Shown one piece after another: positions 9,909-19,435 of a DNA stretch of 64,000 nt. Position numbers and translations under genes: made by a program. The notes beneath the pieces were generated by a model. The model did no database searches. It saw only the letters and a list, made by a program, of their open reading frames with translations, and was not told where the DNA came from. Origin of the DNA: a virus; the IMG/VR virus record IMGVR_UViG_3300048851_000105, positions 1 to 64,000 of that record. One strand, given 5' to 3'. Position 1 is the stretch's first letter; each line of letters starts with the position of its first letter.

Positions 9909-10502
9909 ATGTCTCACGCACTCGAACGCAAGACGCCCTACCACGCGGTGTTCTCCGCTCCCTGGTGGAAGGCCGCTGGCGTCCGCGCCGGACGCACCGC
10001 CGTCATCGTCGCCAGCACCTACCTCCCGGCCGCATACACCGAAGCGGTGCCGTGGCTCGTCCTGCTCTCCGCTGGCCTCGTGGCGGGGCTCCTGTCGATC
10101 CTCACGAGCCTCGCCGGTCTCGCTGAGGTCAACTCGGTGAGCGTGCCCTGGTTCGTCGCGATCTTCATCCGCGTCGTCAAGACCGTGGCTCAGGCTCTCG
10201 GTGCTGGTGTGCTCGCGAACGTCGTCTTCATCCAGGACATCAACTGGGAGGCCGTGCTCGCCACCACCATCGCGTCCGGATTCGGCTCCCTCCTGCTCGG
10301 CGTTCTGAAGACCCTGCCCGAGACGCAGGACCCGGTCGCTCAGGCCGTCGTGCCCGTCGTCATCCGCGACTCGGAGACCGGCGAGCCCGTCACGGCCGCC
10401 GCGACTACGGTGAACGTCTTCCAAGCAGGGGATACCACCGCGGAGGGCATCGAGGCCGGTGCGGTCGATATCAAGAATCCCGGCGACCACACGCACGACT
10501 GA
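9909..10502 (+). CDS. Holin, r1t-like with two tandem units
   Basis: WKAAGVRAGRTAV and IRVVKTVAQAL...INWEAVLATTIAS...SLL repeats typical of actinophage r1t-type holins. Confidence 0.75.
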   Translation: MSHALERKTPYHAVFSAPWWKAAGVRAGRTAVIVASTYLPAAYTEAVPWLVLLSAGLVAGLLSILTSLAGLAEVNSVSVPWFVAIFIRVVKTVAQALGAGVLANVVFIQDINWEAVLATTIASGFGSLLLGVLKTLPETQDPVAQAVVPVVIRDSETGEPVTAAATTVNVFQAGDTTAEGIEAGAVDIKNPGDHTHD

Positions 10503-10556
10503 TCCGTGCACATCACGATCGAGCCGCCTGAGGCGGCAGAAGCAGAGGACTGAGAG

Positions 10557-10799
10557 ATGAAGTTGCTCGTCGGCACCACTCCCGTTCGCATTCCGGGCGA
10601 CCGCGCGCGCCCCGTCATCCAGAACCTGGGCCCCGGCACGGTCTACGTGGACACGGACGGCGACGTGAGTGCCGACGACGGCCTCATGCTCCTCCCCAAC
10701 GCGGTCTACGAATTCCCGACCCCCAGCGCCAACAGCAAGGGCATCTGGGTGGTCGCTGACCAGGCAGGCACGGATGTCCGTGTCGTCCGGATGGGCTGA
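10557..10799 (+). CDS. Small beta-rich fibre-associated protein
   Basis: RPVIQNLGPGTVYV...DGLMLLP pattern often found beside phage fibre genes. Confidence 0.55.
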   Translation: MKLLVGTTPVRIPGDRARPVIQNLGPGTVYVDTDGDVSADDGLMLLPNAVYEFPTPSANSKGIWVVADQAGTDVRVVRMG

Positions 10800-10802
10800 G
10801 TC

Positions 10803-11774
10803 ATGCCGTTCTATCCCCCTCCCGGCAGTGGCGAAGGCGGCAGCAGCACGCCGGGCACCCCCGGCCGTTCTGCGTACCAGATCGCCGTCGCCAACGGCTT
10901 CGTCGGCACCGAGCAGCAGTGGCTCGACTCGCTGGAGGGCCCGGCCGGAGACGACGCGTACGAGATCGCTGTAGCCGAGGGCTTCGTCGGAACCCGCGCG
11001 GCGTGGATTAACTCCCTGAAGGGGCAGCCAGGCCCCGCTCCGGTGTACTCGGCAACCTCCGCGACGTCGCTCGCGATCGGTACGGGCTCCAAGACGTTCG
11101 CGATCGATGCACCTACGTCGTTCGTCGTCGGCCAGTACGTCCGCGCCACCGTCACGGCGACCCCGGCCAACTACATGGGAGGCGTCATCACGGACGTCTC
11201 CTCGACGTCGATCACGCTGAACGTGATCGACACGGTAGGCACGGGAACAGTCGCGGGGTGGACACTCGCTCTCAGCGGCGGCCGCGGCTCCGCAGGCAGC
11301 ACCGGTGCCACGCCCTCCTTCTCCGGCACGTCGACGACGTCGCTGGCACTGAGCGCTGGGTCGAAGACCATCACGACCCAGTCCGGCAAGAACTGGGTCG
11401 TCGGCCAGCGCGTTCGTATCGCGTTCACGACTGACCCTGCCGGGTCCTGGATGGAGGGTGTCGTCACGGCATACGCCACAACGTCCCTCACGGTCGCTGT
11501 GGACCTCGTGAAGGGCTCCGGCACACAGGCAGCCTGGACGATCAGTCTCATCGGCGAGCCGGGCGCTGAGGGCTCACCAGGAGATAATGGTGCGGACGCA
11601 TACGAGGTAGCAGTGTCCGAAGGATTTGTCGGCACTCGCGCTCAGTGGCTCGACTCTCTGAACGGCACTCCTGGTGCAGATGCCGACCCCGCACTCGCTC
11701 TTGATGCCAGGACGATCAACTTCGGCGCCGTGCCTCCCTCCAACGGAGTCTGGCTGGAGAGGCCTGCTCCGTGA
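10803..11774 (+). CDS. Tail fibre / collagen-like minor structural protein
   Basis: Three AY(Q/E)(I/V)AV..GFVGT...W(L/I).SL.G repeats, Gly-X-Y linkers, two SATSLAIGTGSKTF-type modules. Confidence 0.75.
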   Translation: MPFYPPPGSGEGGSSTPGTPGRSAYQIAVANGFVGTEQQWLDSLEGPAGDDAYEIAVAEGFVGTRAAWINSLKGQPGPAPVYSATSATSLAIGTGSKTFAIDAPTSFVVGQYVRATVTATPANYMGGVITDVSSTSITLNVIDTVGTGTVAGWTLALSGGRGSAGSTGATPSFSGTSTTSLALSAGSKTITTQSGKNWVVGQRVRIAFTTDPAGSWMEGVVTAYATTSLTVAVDLVKGSGTQAAWTISLIGEPGAEGSPGDNGADAYEVAVSEGFVGTRAQWLDSLNGTPGADADPALALDARTINFGAVPPSNGVWLERPAP

Positions 11775-13819
11775 CCAAGCCATTCCGCCGCGGCATTGTC
11801 GGCGACGCGAACGGCGGGCTGGAGACTGTTCCGCTCGTCCTTCCTGAGCGCGTCAACGGCGACCTCATGCTCGCGTGGGTGCAGCAGTCGTCGAGCGGAA
11901 CGAACGTCACCGATGACGCGACGAAGGGGTGGTGGCGGCTCGCCGACATCATCATGGGCACGCGCCGCGTGTTCCTGTTCGGCCGCATCTACAACGCCGC
12001 TGATCTTGCGAGCGTCTACACCCTGACTCGCAACGGCGCGTCGAACGCGGTCTTCACCGTGTCGACGATCGGCGACCATGGCGTCGATGACCCATCGGAC
12101 CTCATCATCGGCTCCCCGTGGCGCCGCGCTGACAACGGCGGTGCGGTCAATCTCATCACGATGCTGTCGCTCACGACGCCCGGCGCGGACTGGCTCGCCC
12201 TCGGCTTCACCGGCGAGGCTACGACGTCCGTCAACACGTACTCGGTGACGACGAACGCAGGCTTCACGCTGTGGGGGCAGCGCGTCGCGACCGCGAACAT
12301 CGAGGAAGTCACGACGTGGTACAAGGAGATGCCCGCCGCGGGCGCCACGGGCTCTCACTCGATCACGTACACGGGCACGGGCGTCGCCAACGGCGCCGGT
12401 ATTCAGATCGGCATCCCTCCGGCAGCGGCCCCGGTCGCGCCTTCCACCGGCCAGATCGGCGCACGCCTTTCCGCCAGCCCATCCAACGATCGCCTCTCGA
12501 TCGGCGTCGACCGTCTCGGAGGCAGCGCGGTCACAGCGATTCTCCGCAACGCCGCAGGCACGGCCGAACTCGCGCGGCAGCCGATCTCGGCAGACGCTAC
12601 GTCGGGGTGGGGGAATGTGCAGTTCGCCAGCCTCACCCCTGGCGGCACCTACAAGGTCGACTTCGAGGTCGACGGCACACCTCAGACGGACGTGTTCCTC
12701 ACCTACCGGACGCAGCCCCTCGGGGTCCTGTCCTTCCTCGCCATCGCTGGGTCGTGTCAGTTCACCGCATCGAACCACCCTGTGTGGGACCGCATCCGAG
12801 AAGAGTCTCCTCTGTTCCTGGCCCACATGGGCGACATGCACTACGGCGACGCGACCGCGGCCGATTCCTGGCGGGGGTACATGGAGCAGTCGCTGACGGC
12901 GCCGAGGTTCCGGCAACTTCTCGAAACGGTGCCGATCAACTGGACGCCCGACAACCACGATCGGATCATCACGAACCCGACCGGCACCGGCGCGGGTCTC
13001 AATCTCGGTGAGACGGACGCGTTGACGATCTCCGAGTGGCGGAAGATGGCTGGCGACACTGGCTGGCCTACCCCGCTCACCCTCGGTCGGACGTGGGTCA
13101 CCGGCCGTGTGCGCTTCATCCAGACGGACGGCTGGGCAGTGCGAGATGATGGCGACGGCGACCCTGCGCCGCGTACGTTCCTCGGGGCCGCGCAGAAGCA
13201 GTGGTTCAAGGACACCCTAGACGCCGCAACGGAGCCCCTGATCGTGTGGTTCACTCAGTGGACGACACGGAACAACGCGAACGGTCGCTGGAACTCCTTC
13301 CCTGAAGAGACCACCGAGTTGGAGGCCTTCATCAACGCCCGCCCGGGCCTGAAGGCTCGCATGGTGCTCATCGGAGGCGACTCGCACTCGCTCCAGGCTG
13401 ACTCCGGCATCTCGACCAACACGGCACGTATGGCGAGCACGGGGTTCCGCTTCAAGGGGATGCCATCGCTCAACATGTCCGGCTTCAATCGCTCGTCGGA
13501 AACGGGCGACAGCGCTCCAGCGGGCGAGTGGAACATCGGCAACGAGTCGCTCCGCACTTCGGGGCAGCCTGAGGCAGACTGGGGCGGCTACTCCCGAATG
13601 CGCTTCGACGACCGAGGCGCCGGAGGCATCGACTTCCACTGGGACGCTGTCCGTGTGGGCCCGGACGGATCGACGATGGTCATGAAGTCGTTCGATGGTG
13701 TGTTCGGAGCCACGATCCCGCGTGCAATCGAGTTCGACGGCATCATGAAGAAGCCGCTGCGCACGATCGAGTACGTCGACGGGGTCCGGACCACTCTGAC
13801 GATGAAGGAGAAGAAGTAG
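11771..13819 (+). CDS. phoD: Tail-type N-terminal domain fused to PhoD-family alkaline phosphatase/phosphodiesterase
   Basis: PhoD ligand motifs GSC, HMGDMHYGD, PDNHD, GGDSH in order; LGAAQKQWFKDTL; no signal peptide. Confidence 0.85.
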   Translation: MTKPFRRGIVGDANGGLETVPLVLPERVNGDLMLAWVQQSSSGTNVTDDATKGWWRLADIIMGTRRVFLFGRIYNAADLASVYTLTRNGASNAVFTVSTIGDHGVDDPSDLIIGSPWRRADNGGAVNLITMLSLTTPGADWLALGFTGEATTSVNTYSVTTNAGFTLWGQRVATANIEEVTTWYKEMPAAGATGSHSITYTGTGVANGAGIQIGIPPAAAPVAPSTGQIGARLSASPSNDRLSIGVDRLGGSAVTAILRNAAGTAELARQPISADATSGWGNVQFASLTPGGTYKVDFEVDGTPQTDVFLTYRTQPLGVLSFLAIAGSCQFTASNHPVWDRIREESPLFLAHMGDMHYGDATAADSWRGYMEQSLTAPRFRQLLETVPINWTPDNHDRIITNPTGTGAGLNLGETDALTISEWRKMAGDTGWPTPLTLGRTWVTGRVRFIQTDGWAVRDDGDGDPAPRTFLGAAQKQWFKDTLDAATEPLIVWFTQWTTRNNANGRWNSFPEETTELEAFINARPGLKARMVLIGGDSHSLQADSGISTNTARMASTGFRFKGMPSLNMSGFNRSSETGDSAPAGEWNIGNESLRTSGQPEADWGGYSRMRFDDRGAGGIDFHWDAVRVGPDGSTMVMKSFDGVFGATIPRAIEFDGIMKKPLRTIEYVDGVRTTLTMKEKK

Positions 13820-13878
13820 GCCCGAATCTTGTTCGTCTAACGCCCCACTTTCCCATTTCGTGGGGTAGCATCCTGCTC

Positions 13879-14043
13879 ATGGCTCCCGCAGTGATCGACC
13901 AGTACAAGCCCCTCGTCGATCACTTCGTCGACGCCATCAAGTCCGACTTCCGGGTGATCGAGGCCATCGCCTCTCGTGCGACCTCGATCCAGGCAGCCCG
14001 CGGCCCCAAGCAACTGGCAGGGAGCGCCCTCACCGGCGAATAA
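13879..14043 (+). CDS. Hypothetical protein (54 aa)
   Basis: MAPAVIDQYKPLVDHF...; phage-like codon usage; below ORF-track cutoff. Confidence 0.5.
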   Translation: MAPAVIDQYKPLVDHFVDAIKSDFRVIEAIASRATSIQAARGPKQLAGSALTGE

Positions 14044-14048
14044 CAGGC
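14017..14048 (+). promoter_or_regulatory. Phage-sigma promoter motif copy 1 (GCAG-N16-CGAATAACAGGC)
   Basis: Matches 10-copy bipartite consensus; precedes SNF2 helicase. Confidence 0.6.
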
Positions 14049-14062
14049 AGGAGGGAATCTTC

Positions 14063-15697
14063 TTGCCACTAGCATTCGACGTCCGAGGCATGCCCGATGA
14101 GCGCAGGGAATCGCTCGCGTGGATGGCTCACGAGTCCAAAGACCGCCAACTGCCACGCCTGAGCGTTTGGAACTACGATCCCTGCCCCGTGCACGAGCGC
14201 GGCTGGTACGACGAACTCGGAGCCCAGCGTTTCAGCCCCAAGCCGGACTGCCGCAACTGCGCCATCATCCCTCGTGCTCACCAGCGCGTGGGAGCCCTGT
14301 GGCTCTACCTCCGCAAGAAGGGCCTCCTCGCGGACACCACGGGTGTCGGCAAGACCACACAGGCGGGCCTGCTCATCGCCATGATGATCGAGTCCGGCGA
14401 ACTCGACTTCGTCCGAGACCTCTCCCGAGGTGCCAAGGGCCGCGTGCTCGTCGTGCCCACCGCTCCCGCGCTCGCACAGTGGGAGGCGGAACTCCACCGC
14501 ATGATGCCGACCCTCAACATCGTGGTGGCGTCCGGCGGGATGTCCGCGGCTCAGCGCCGCCAGATGTACCTCACGCCGTGGCAGGTCCTGATCATGGGCC
14601 CGGAGATGTATCGCAACGATCACGAGAGGCTGAGGAATCTTCCCCTCGCTGCGCTCATCGTCGACGACGTGGACGCGCTCCGCAATCCGGACACCCAGAC
14701 CAGCGTCACGCTCGACAACCTCGGACGCCGGATCGATCGCTACATCATCATGAACGCCACCCCGCTCCAGAAGCGGCTGATGGAACTCCACGCCACCCTC
14801 GATGCGATCGGGGGCGAGCGCGCGCTCGGCGGCCGCGACACCTTCGAGCGGATGTACATCGATCGCCGGAACGGGCAACTCTCCTACCGCAGGCTGGACG
14901 AGGTCAAGCGGAACATGGCGCCTCTCGTGCTCCGGCGCACGGCCAGCGATCTCGACGACGTCGACATGCCGCGCATCCAGCCGCTCAACCACATGCTCGA
15001 TCTCTATCCGAGGCAGCGCGACAAGTACACCGAGTTGCAGCGAGGCGTCATCCGGCTCCTGAAGGAGAACAGGGAGCAGGTCAAGCGCGTCACGGCCGTC
15101 TCGAAACTCCACTACGGAGCCGCCATCTGCGCCGGGCTCGGCTCGCTGGGCGCCGACGACATCGAAGACGGCCCGGGCATGAGTGTGAAGCACGACTGGC
15201 TCATGGACCGGGTGAATGGCGAGTTCGAGGAGGACAAGATCGTCGTCTTCGCTCGGCTGAAGAACACGATTCGAGACCTCCAGTTCCGGCTGCGGGATCA
15301 GCGTGTCGGCTTCACCACCATCTGGGGAGAGGATTCCTCCAAGGAGGGACGACTGGCCGCCCAGAACCGCTTCCGGGACGATCCGAACTGCCGCGTGCTC
15401 ATCGGCACGAGCGCGATCGTGCGAAGCCTCAACCTCCAGGTCTCGCGGCGGCTCGTCAACATCGACATGATCATGAACCAGGCGCAGATGCACCAACTCG
15501 CAGGGCGCATTGCGCGCATCGGCTCGATGCACCGGACGGTCTACGTGCACAACCTGCTCACTGTCGACACCCAGGAGGAGCGCTACCTGCCCATGCTCGA
15601 ACGCGAGAGCGCGCTGGCCGGGCACATGTGGGGCGAGGAGTCCGAGTTGTTCGAGCAACTCAGTCCCATGGCGATGCTCCAACTGATCACAGGCTAG
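14063..15697 (+). CDS. SNF2-family (SF2) helicase
   Basis: LLADTTGVGKT, IVDDVD, IMNATP, FRDDPNCRVLIG, QLAGRIARIG motifs; TTG start chosen from GGAGG SD. Confidence 0.9.
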   Translation: MPLAFDVRGMPDERRESLAWMAHESKDRQLPRLSVWNYDPCPVHERGWYDELGAQRFSPKPDCRNCAIIPRAHQRVGALWLYLRKKGLLADTTGVGKTTQAGLLIAMMIESGELDFVRDLSRGAKGRVLVVPTAPALAQWEAELHRMMPTLNIVVASGGMSAAQRRQMYLTPWQVLIMGPEMYRNDHERLRNLPLAALIVDDVDALRNPDTQTSVTLDNLGRRIDRYIIMNATPLQKRLMELHATLDAIGGERALGGRDTFERMYIDRRNGQLSYRRLDEVKRNMAPLVLRRTASDLDDVDMPRIQPLNHMLDLYPRQRDKYTELQRGVIRLLKENREQVKRVTAVSKLHYGAAICAGLGSLGADDIEDGPGMSVKHDWLMDRVNGEFEEDKIVVFARLKNTIRDLQFRLRDQRVGFTTIWGEDSSKEGRLAAQNRFRDDPNCRVLIGTSAIVRSLNLQVSRRLVNIDMIMNQAQMHQLAGRIARIGSMHRTVYVHNLLTVDTQEERYLPMLERESALAGHMWGEESELFEQLSPMAMLQLITG

Positions 15698-15707
15698 GAC
15701 GCATATC

Positions 15708-16400
15708 ATGAATCCCATGCCGACTCCCCTGACACCGCGACAGCGGGAACTCGTCGCCTCGAACAAGGGGCTGGCTGAGAAAATCTCACACGACTACCTC
15801 CAGCGTGCTCCTGGACTGGAGATCGACGAGGTGGTCGCTGTCGCCTACCAGGGCCTCATCGACGCCGCGCTCCGATTCGATCCGTCCCGTGGCGTCCCCT
15901 TCGGCGGATTCGCTCGGCAGATCATCCACTTCGCCATCCAGATGTGGCAGCGAGACGAGGACTACCTCCAGCGCAACATCCGCACGGACTACAAGAAGAT
16001 GCTGGAGAGCGGCTACACCGAGCGCGGCGGCATTAGTCCCTCCCTCGTCGAGCGGACCGGACTCACGATGAAGCGCATGGTGACCGTGGTCCGGGCCGTC
16101 GCCGCGAAGCCCACGAGCAGCGAGCATCTCGTTGAGGCAGAGGCGGTGCTCGCCCACCCCGACGTCGATGTCGAATCTTCTGTCGTGGTCTCGGCCATCC
16201 AGGGCTCCGTGGCCACCGTCTACCAGAGCCTCCCCGGCGTACAGCAGATCATCGTCGCCATGGTCTACTTCCAGGGCCTCGAACTCCGCCAGGTGGCCGA
16301 GAATCTCGGCACCAGCGTCTCCTTCGTCCGACAGTCCCACAGCGAGGCGGTCTCTCTCCTTCACGAGGAGATGGTTCGACAGGCACGCATGCCGGATTGA
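15708..16400 (+). CDS. RNA polymerase sigma factor, FliA/WhiG/SigF-like
   Basis: Region 2 (VAYQGLIDAALRFDPSRGVPFGGFA) and region 4 (IVAMVYFQGLELRQVAENLGTSVSFVRQSH). Confidence 0.9.
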   Translation: MNPMPTPLTPRQRELVASNKGLAEKISHDYLQRAPGLEIDEVVAVAYQGLIDAALRFDPSRGVPFGGFARQIIHFAIQMWQRDEDYLQRNIRTDYKKMLESGYTERGGISPSLVERTGLTMKRMVTVVRAVAAKPTSSEHLVEAEAVLAHPDVDVESSVVVSAIQGSVATVYQSLPGVQQIIVAMVYFQGLELRQVAENLGTSVSFVRQSHSEAVSLLHEEMVRQARMPD

Positions 16401-16417
16401 GGCGTACCACAGGCATG
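16383..16417 (+). promoter_or_regulatory. Phage-sigma leaderless promoter copy 2 (GCAC-N16-CGTACCACAGGC-ATG)
   Basis: Exact consensus; ATG is the start of the next gene. Confidence 0.75.
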
Positions 16418-16660
16418 GCACTCAATCCTCCCCAGTACGACCTGACCTTGGAGCAGGCGCTCGCCCGGCTCGAAGCCGAGGTCGAGAAGAACCAGCAGCA
16501 GACCGACACCCCGCTCCTCCAGGGCATGACCCCGGACCAGGCGTACAACGTGGGGTACGAGACCTGCCTGCGAGACCTCCAGTCGCTGACCGGGCCCGAC
16601 CCCATGGAGTTCGGCGTCGTGACCTTCGAGTTCGAGAAGAAGGACGAGACCAATGGCTGA
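16415..16660 (+). CDS. Hypothetical protein
   Basis: Start set by leaderless motif; normal codon usage. Confidence 0.65.
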   Translation: MALNPPQYDLTLEQALARLEAEVEKNQQQTDTPLLQGMTPDQAYNVGYETCLRDLQSLTGPDPMEFGVVTFEFEKKDETNG

Positions 16661-17228
16661 GCGCGGAACACCGACTCCCCCCGAGCAGGTCGAGCCGCTG
16701 GACGCGGCCGTCGAGAACCTCCACAAGGACGTCGTGGTCGTCACCGACATCCGCGAACTCCAGACGCTCGCGCACGACAACGCGGTGGCGAAGGGCTTCC
16801 ACAACTACGGTCACGAACTCCGTCAGCGACTTCAGCATGCACAGGAGCGCCTGGAGTTCGTCGAGGGCGTTATGGATGACGACACCGTCGAGATGGTCCG
16901 CAGCGACGTCGCCTTCCTCGAAGGCTCCTGGACGCGCTACGTCGGCAACGCCATCGCGCTGATCATCGGAGAGGCGTCTGAGGCACACGAGGAGGCCCGC
17001 AAGGGTCGGGGCGTCAACGAGACGTACTACTCGATGAAGTACGACGCCAACACCGATCTCTCCACCGCCGTCGCGAAGCCGGAAGGCTTCGTCAGCGAAC
17101 TCGTCGACCTGCTCATCCGCACGCTCGACACGGCCGAGGAGTTCGGTATCGACCTGGCGGCCGAGACGGCGCTGAAGATGCGCTACAACGCCTCGCGTCC
17201 GGCCATGCACGGCGGGAAGGTGATGTGA
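16653..17228 (+). CDS. mazG: MazG-like NTP pyrophosphohydrolase
   Basis: LIIGEASEAHEEARK...ELVDLLIRTLD...KMRYNASRP...HGGK. Confidence 0.85.
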   Translation: MAERGTPTPPEQVEPLDAAVENLHKDVVVVTDIRELQTLAHDNAVAKGFHNYGHELRQRLQHAQERLEFVEGVMDDDTVEMVRSDVAFLEGSWTRYVGNAIALIIGEASEAHEEARKGRGVNETYYSMKYDANTDLSTAVAKPEGFVSELVDLLIRTLDTAEEFGIDLAAETALKMRYNASRPAMHGGKVM

Positions 17229-17480
17229 GTGCTCCCCAAGGGACACATCCCCAAGAACCAGTTCTCGCGCCCGTCCATCGACCTCACGCCGCACAACAAG
17301 GAGTGGCAGGACCTGCCCTGGTCTGAGGTGCGCGAGGGTGATCTCGTGGCTGACCACGGCCGCGTCGTCATGATCCAGCGAGTGGCGGCCAGTCGCCTCT
17401 TCCACTTCCCGGCACAACTGCATCAAGTCGCCGATACGGACACCGATACGGTCAGGGTCTTCGCGGAGAAGCGCTCGTGA
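17229..17480 (+). CDS. Hypothetical protein
   Basis: Abuts neighbours; SH3-like EVREGDLV pattern. Confidence 0.55.
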   Translation: MLPKGHIPKNQFSRPSIDLTPHNKEWQDLPWSEVREGDLVADHGRVVMIQRVAASRLFHFPAQLHQVADTDTDTVRVFAEKRS

Positions 17481-17659
17481 GCGTCGAGTGGAAGACCACC
17501 CCCATCGAGGAGGTCAAGGTCAACGACACCCTCCGCGGGCTCGGCGTCGTGCGCGAGGTCAACGACTTCGGCACCACGATCGTCATCACCACGGACGGCG
17601 GCGACTACCCGGCCAAGAAGGGCTTCGACTTCACGGCGGAGGTCTTGATCCGTGCCTGA
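17477..17659 (+). CDS. Hypothetical protein
   Basis: GTGA overlaps; resembles preceding ORF (EEVKVNDTL). Confidence 0.55.
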   Translation: MSVEWKTTPIEEVKVNDTLRGLGVVREVNDFGTTIVITTDGGDYPAKKGFDFTAEVLIRA

Positions 17660-19133
17660 CGCCCGCGAGCATGGCGCGTTCGTGCTCGGTGCGATCGTTC
17701 CCGGCCGTAGGGACCTCCTGGAGAAGGCCACCAGGGTCCTCACTACCGAGCACTTCGTCGCCACCGAGCAGCAGATGCTCTTCGGCCTGCTCACCCAGTA
17801 CCACGACCGAGTCGGAGGAGTCCTCACCCAGGGCGCCCTCGACGATCTCACCGCGCGCATCGACGTCGGCCGCGCCGCGATCTATCGGGAGGCCTACCTC
17901 GGCTACGCCGAATCTTCTGTCGGCGACGAGCAGTTCGAGTGGTCGCTCGATCAACTCCGTGAACTGGCCAGCGAGCGCGCGACGTCCGAGGCGATCGTCA
18001 ACGCCATGGAGATTCTCCGCACCGGCCAGGAGGTCGACGGAGAGCCACTGAAGGGCGCTGAGGACGCACGATCCTACCTCTCGCTTTCCCTGGGGCAGAT
18101 CGACCGCCAGATGACCATGCAGGCGGCCCCTGAGGGCGACGTGCGGGCCGAGGAGAAGGACATCCTGTCCGACTACCAGACCCGCAAGGAGATCGCTCTG
18201 AGCGGCGCCAGTCGCGGTGTGCTCTTCGGTGTCGACGCGCTCGACCAGAAGATCGGCGGGCTCCAGCGCGGCGAAGTCGTGCTCATCGCGGGCTACTCCT
18301 CGGACGGCAAGACGACCCTGCTCACTCAACTCGCGTGGTCTGCGGCGATCGAGCAGGGCAAGAACGTCGTCTTCTTCACCACGGAGACGCTGCGAGATCA
18401 GGTCCGCAGGAAGATTCTGGCCCGGCACTCGATGCTGGAGCAGTTCGGCCTGCACGCCACTGGCGGGATCAACTCCTACGACATCAAGAACGGCACGATC
18501 CCCGAGCCCCTCGAAGACAGATTTCGAGAAATCGTCTCTGACTTCACGAATAACCCCGACTACGGCACGGTCTACATCAAGCAGGTCCCGCGCGGTGCCA
18601 GCCTCACGTACCTGGAGCAGTCGCTCGCGAGCCTGGAGCGGAAGTTCGGGGTCGACCTCGTCTGCATGGACTACCTCGCCCTCCTCACCAGCGAGCGGAA
18701 GCGTGGCACCACCCGCGAGGAACTCGCCGCGATCATGAAGGACTCGAAGCAGATCGCGACGTCCTTCGGCGGCGGCAAGGGCGTGCCCCTCGTGAGCCCG
18801 TGGCAGGTCAGTCGCGCGGCTCGTGAGAAGGCAGCAGACGCAGGCAAGTACACCAGCGCCAGCCTCAGCGAGACGGCCGAGGCCACGAACACCGCGGACC
18901 TCATCGTGGGCCTGCTCGCGCCCATCGACAACAGCGAGCGTCGCGTGCAGGTCGACATGCAGATTCTGAAGAACCGCGACGGCCCTACGGCCAACGACTT
19001 GCGCGTGGACGTGGACTACGGCACCTCGTGGTTCCGCTCGCGCGCACTCCTCGGATCGGCTGCGACCATGCAGCCCGTCCACGCCTCCATGGCACCATCT
19101 TCGGGCGACCCGCTCGCAGACCTCATCGGCTGA
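17652..19133 (+). CDS. dnaB: DnaB-like replicative helicase
   Basis: LIAGYSSDGKTT Walker A, FFTTE, CMDYLALL, QVSR, KNRDGP. Confidence 0.9.
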   Translation: MPDAREHGAFVLGAIVPGRRDLLEKATRVLTTEHFVATEQQMLFGLLTQYHDRVGGVLTQGALDDLTARIDVGRAAIYREAYLGYAESSVGDEQFEWSLDQLRELASERATSEAIVNAMEILRTGQEVDGEPLKGAEDARSYLSLSLGQIDRQMTMQAAPEGDVRAEEKDILSDYQTRKEIALSGASRGVLFGVDALDQKIGGLQRGEVVLIAGYSSDGKTTLLTQLAWSAAIEQGKNVVFFTTETLRDQVRRKILARHSMLEQFGLHATGGINSYDIKNGTIPEPLEDRFREIVSDFTNNPDYGTVYIKQVPRGASLTYLEQSLASLERKFGVDLVCMDYLALLTSERKRGTTREELAAIMKDSKQIATSFGGGKGVPLVSPWQVSRAAREKAADAGKYTSASLSETAEATNTADLIVGLLAPIDNSERRVQVDMQILKNRDGPTANDLRVDVDYGTSWFRSRALLGSAATMQPVHASMAPSSGDPLADLIG

Positions 19134-19144
19134 AAGGAATCCTC

Positions 19145-19435
19145 ATGCTGAAGCCCACCATCGGAAACATCGTCGTCAGGCTCGACCCGGCGCCCGAGAT
19201 CGACCACGTCGGACTCCTTGTGCCGGACCAGGCCAAGGAGCCGAACGACATCGGCACCGTCGTGGCCGTCAGCGATGGCGTGCGCACCTCCAAGGGTGTC
19301 GTCGTCCCCCACGGCATCGACGTCGACGAGCGAGTCCTCCTCGCCGTCCGCTACGCCGGGGCCACCATCGAGCACGAGGGCGAGACGCTGGTCGTCCTCC
19401 CCGTGTCCGAGGTCGCCGCGATCGTGGGGTTCTGA
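19145..19435 (+). CDS. groES: GroES/Cpn10-like co-chaperonin
   Basis: LKPTIGNIVV...GLLVPDQAKE...GTVVAVSDG...RYAGATIEHEGETLVVL. Confidence 0.9.
   Translation: MLKPTIGNIVVRLDPAPEIDHVGLLVPDQAKEPNDIGTVVAVSDGVRTSKGVVVPHGIDVDERVLLAVRYAGATIEHEGETLVVLPVSEVAAIVGF

Noticed and set aside
15683-15694. TCACAGGC before the first sigma gene as an eleventh promoter copy
   Set aside because: CTGA instead of CGWA and no GCAY box 16 nt upstream
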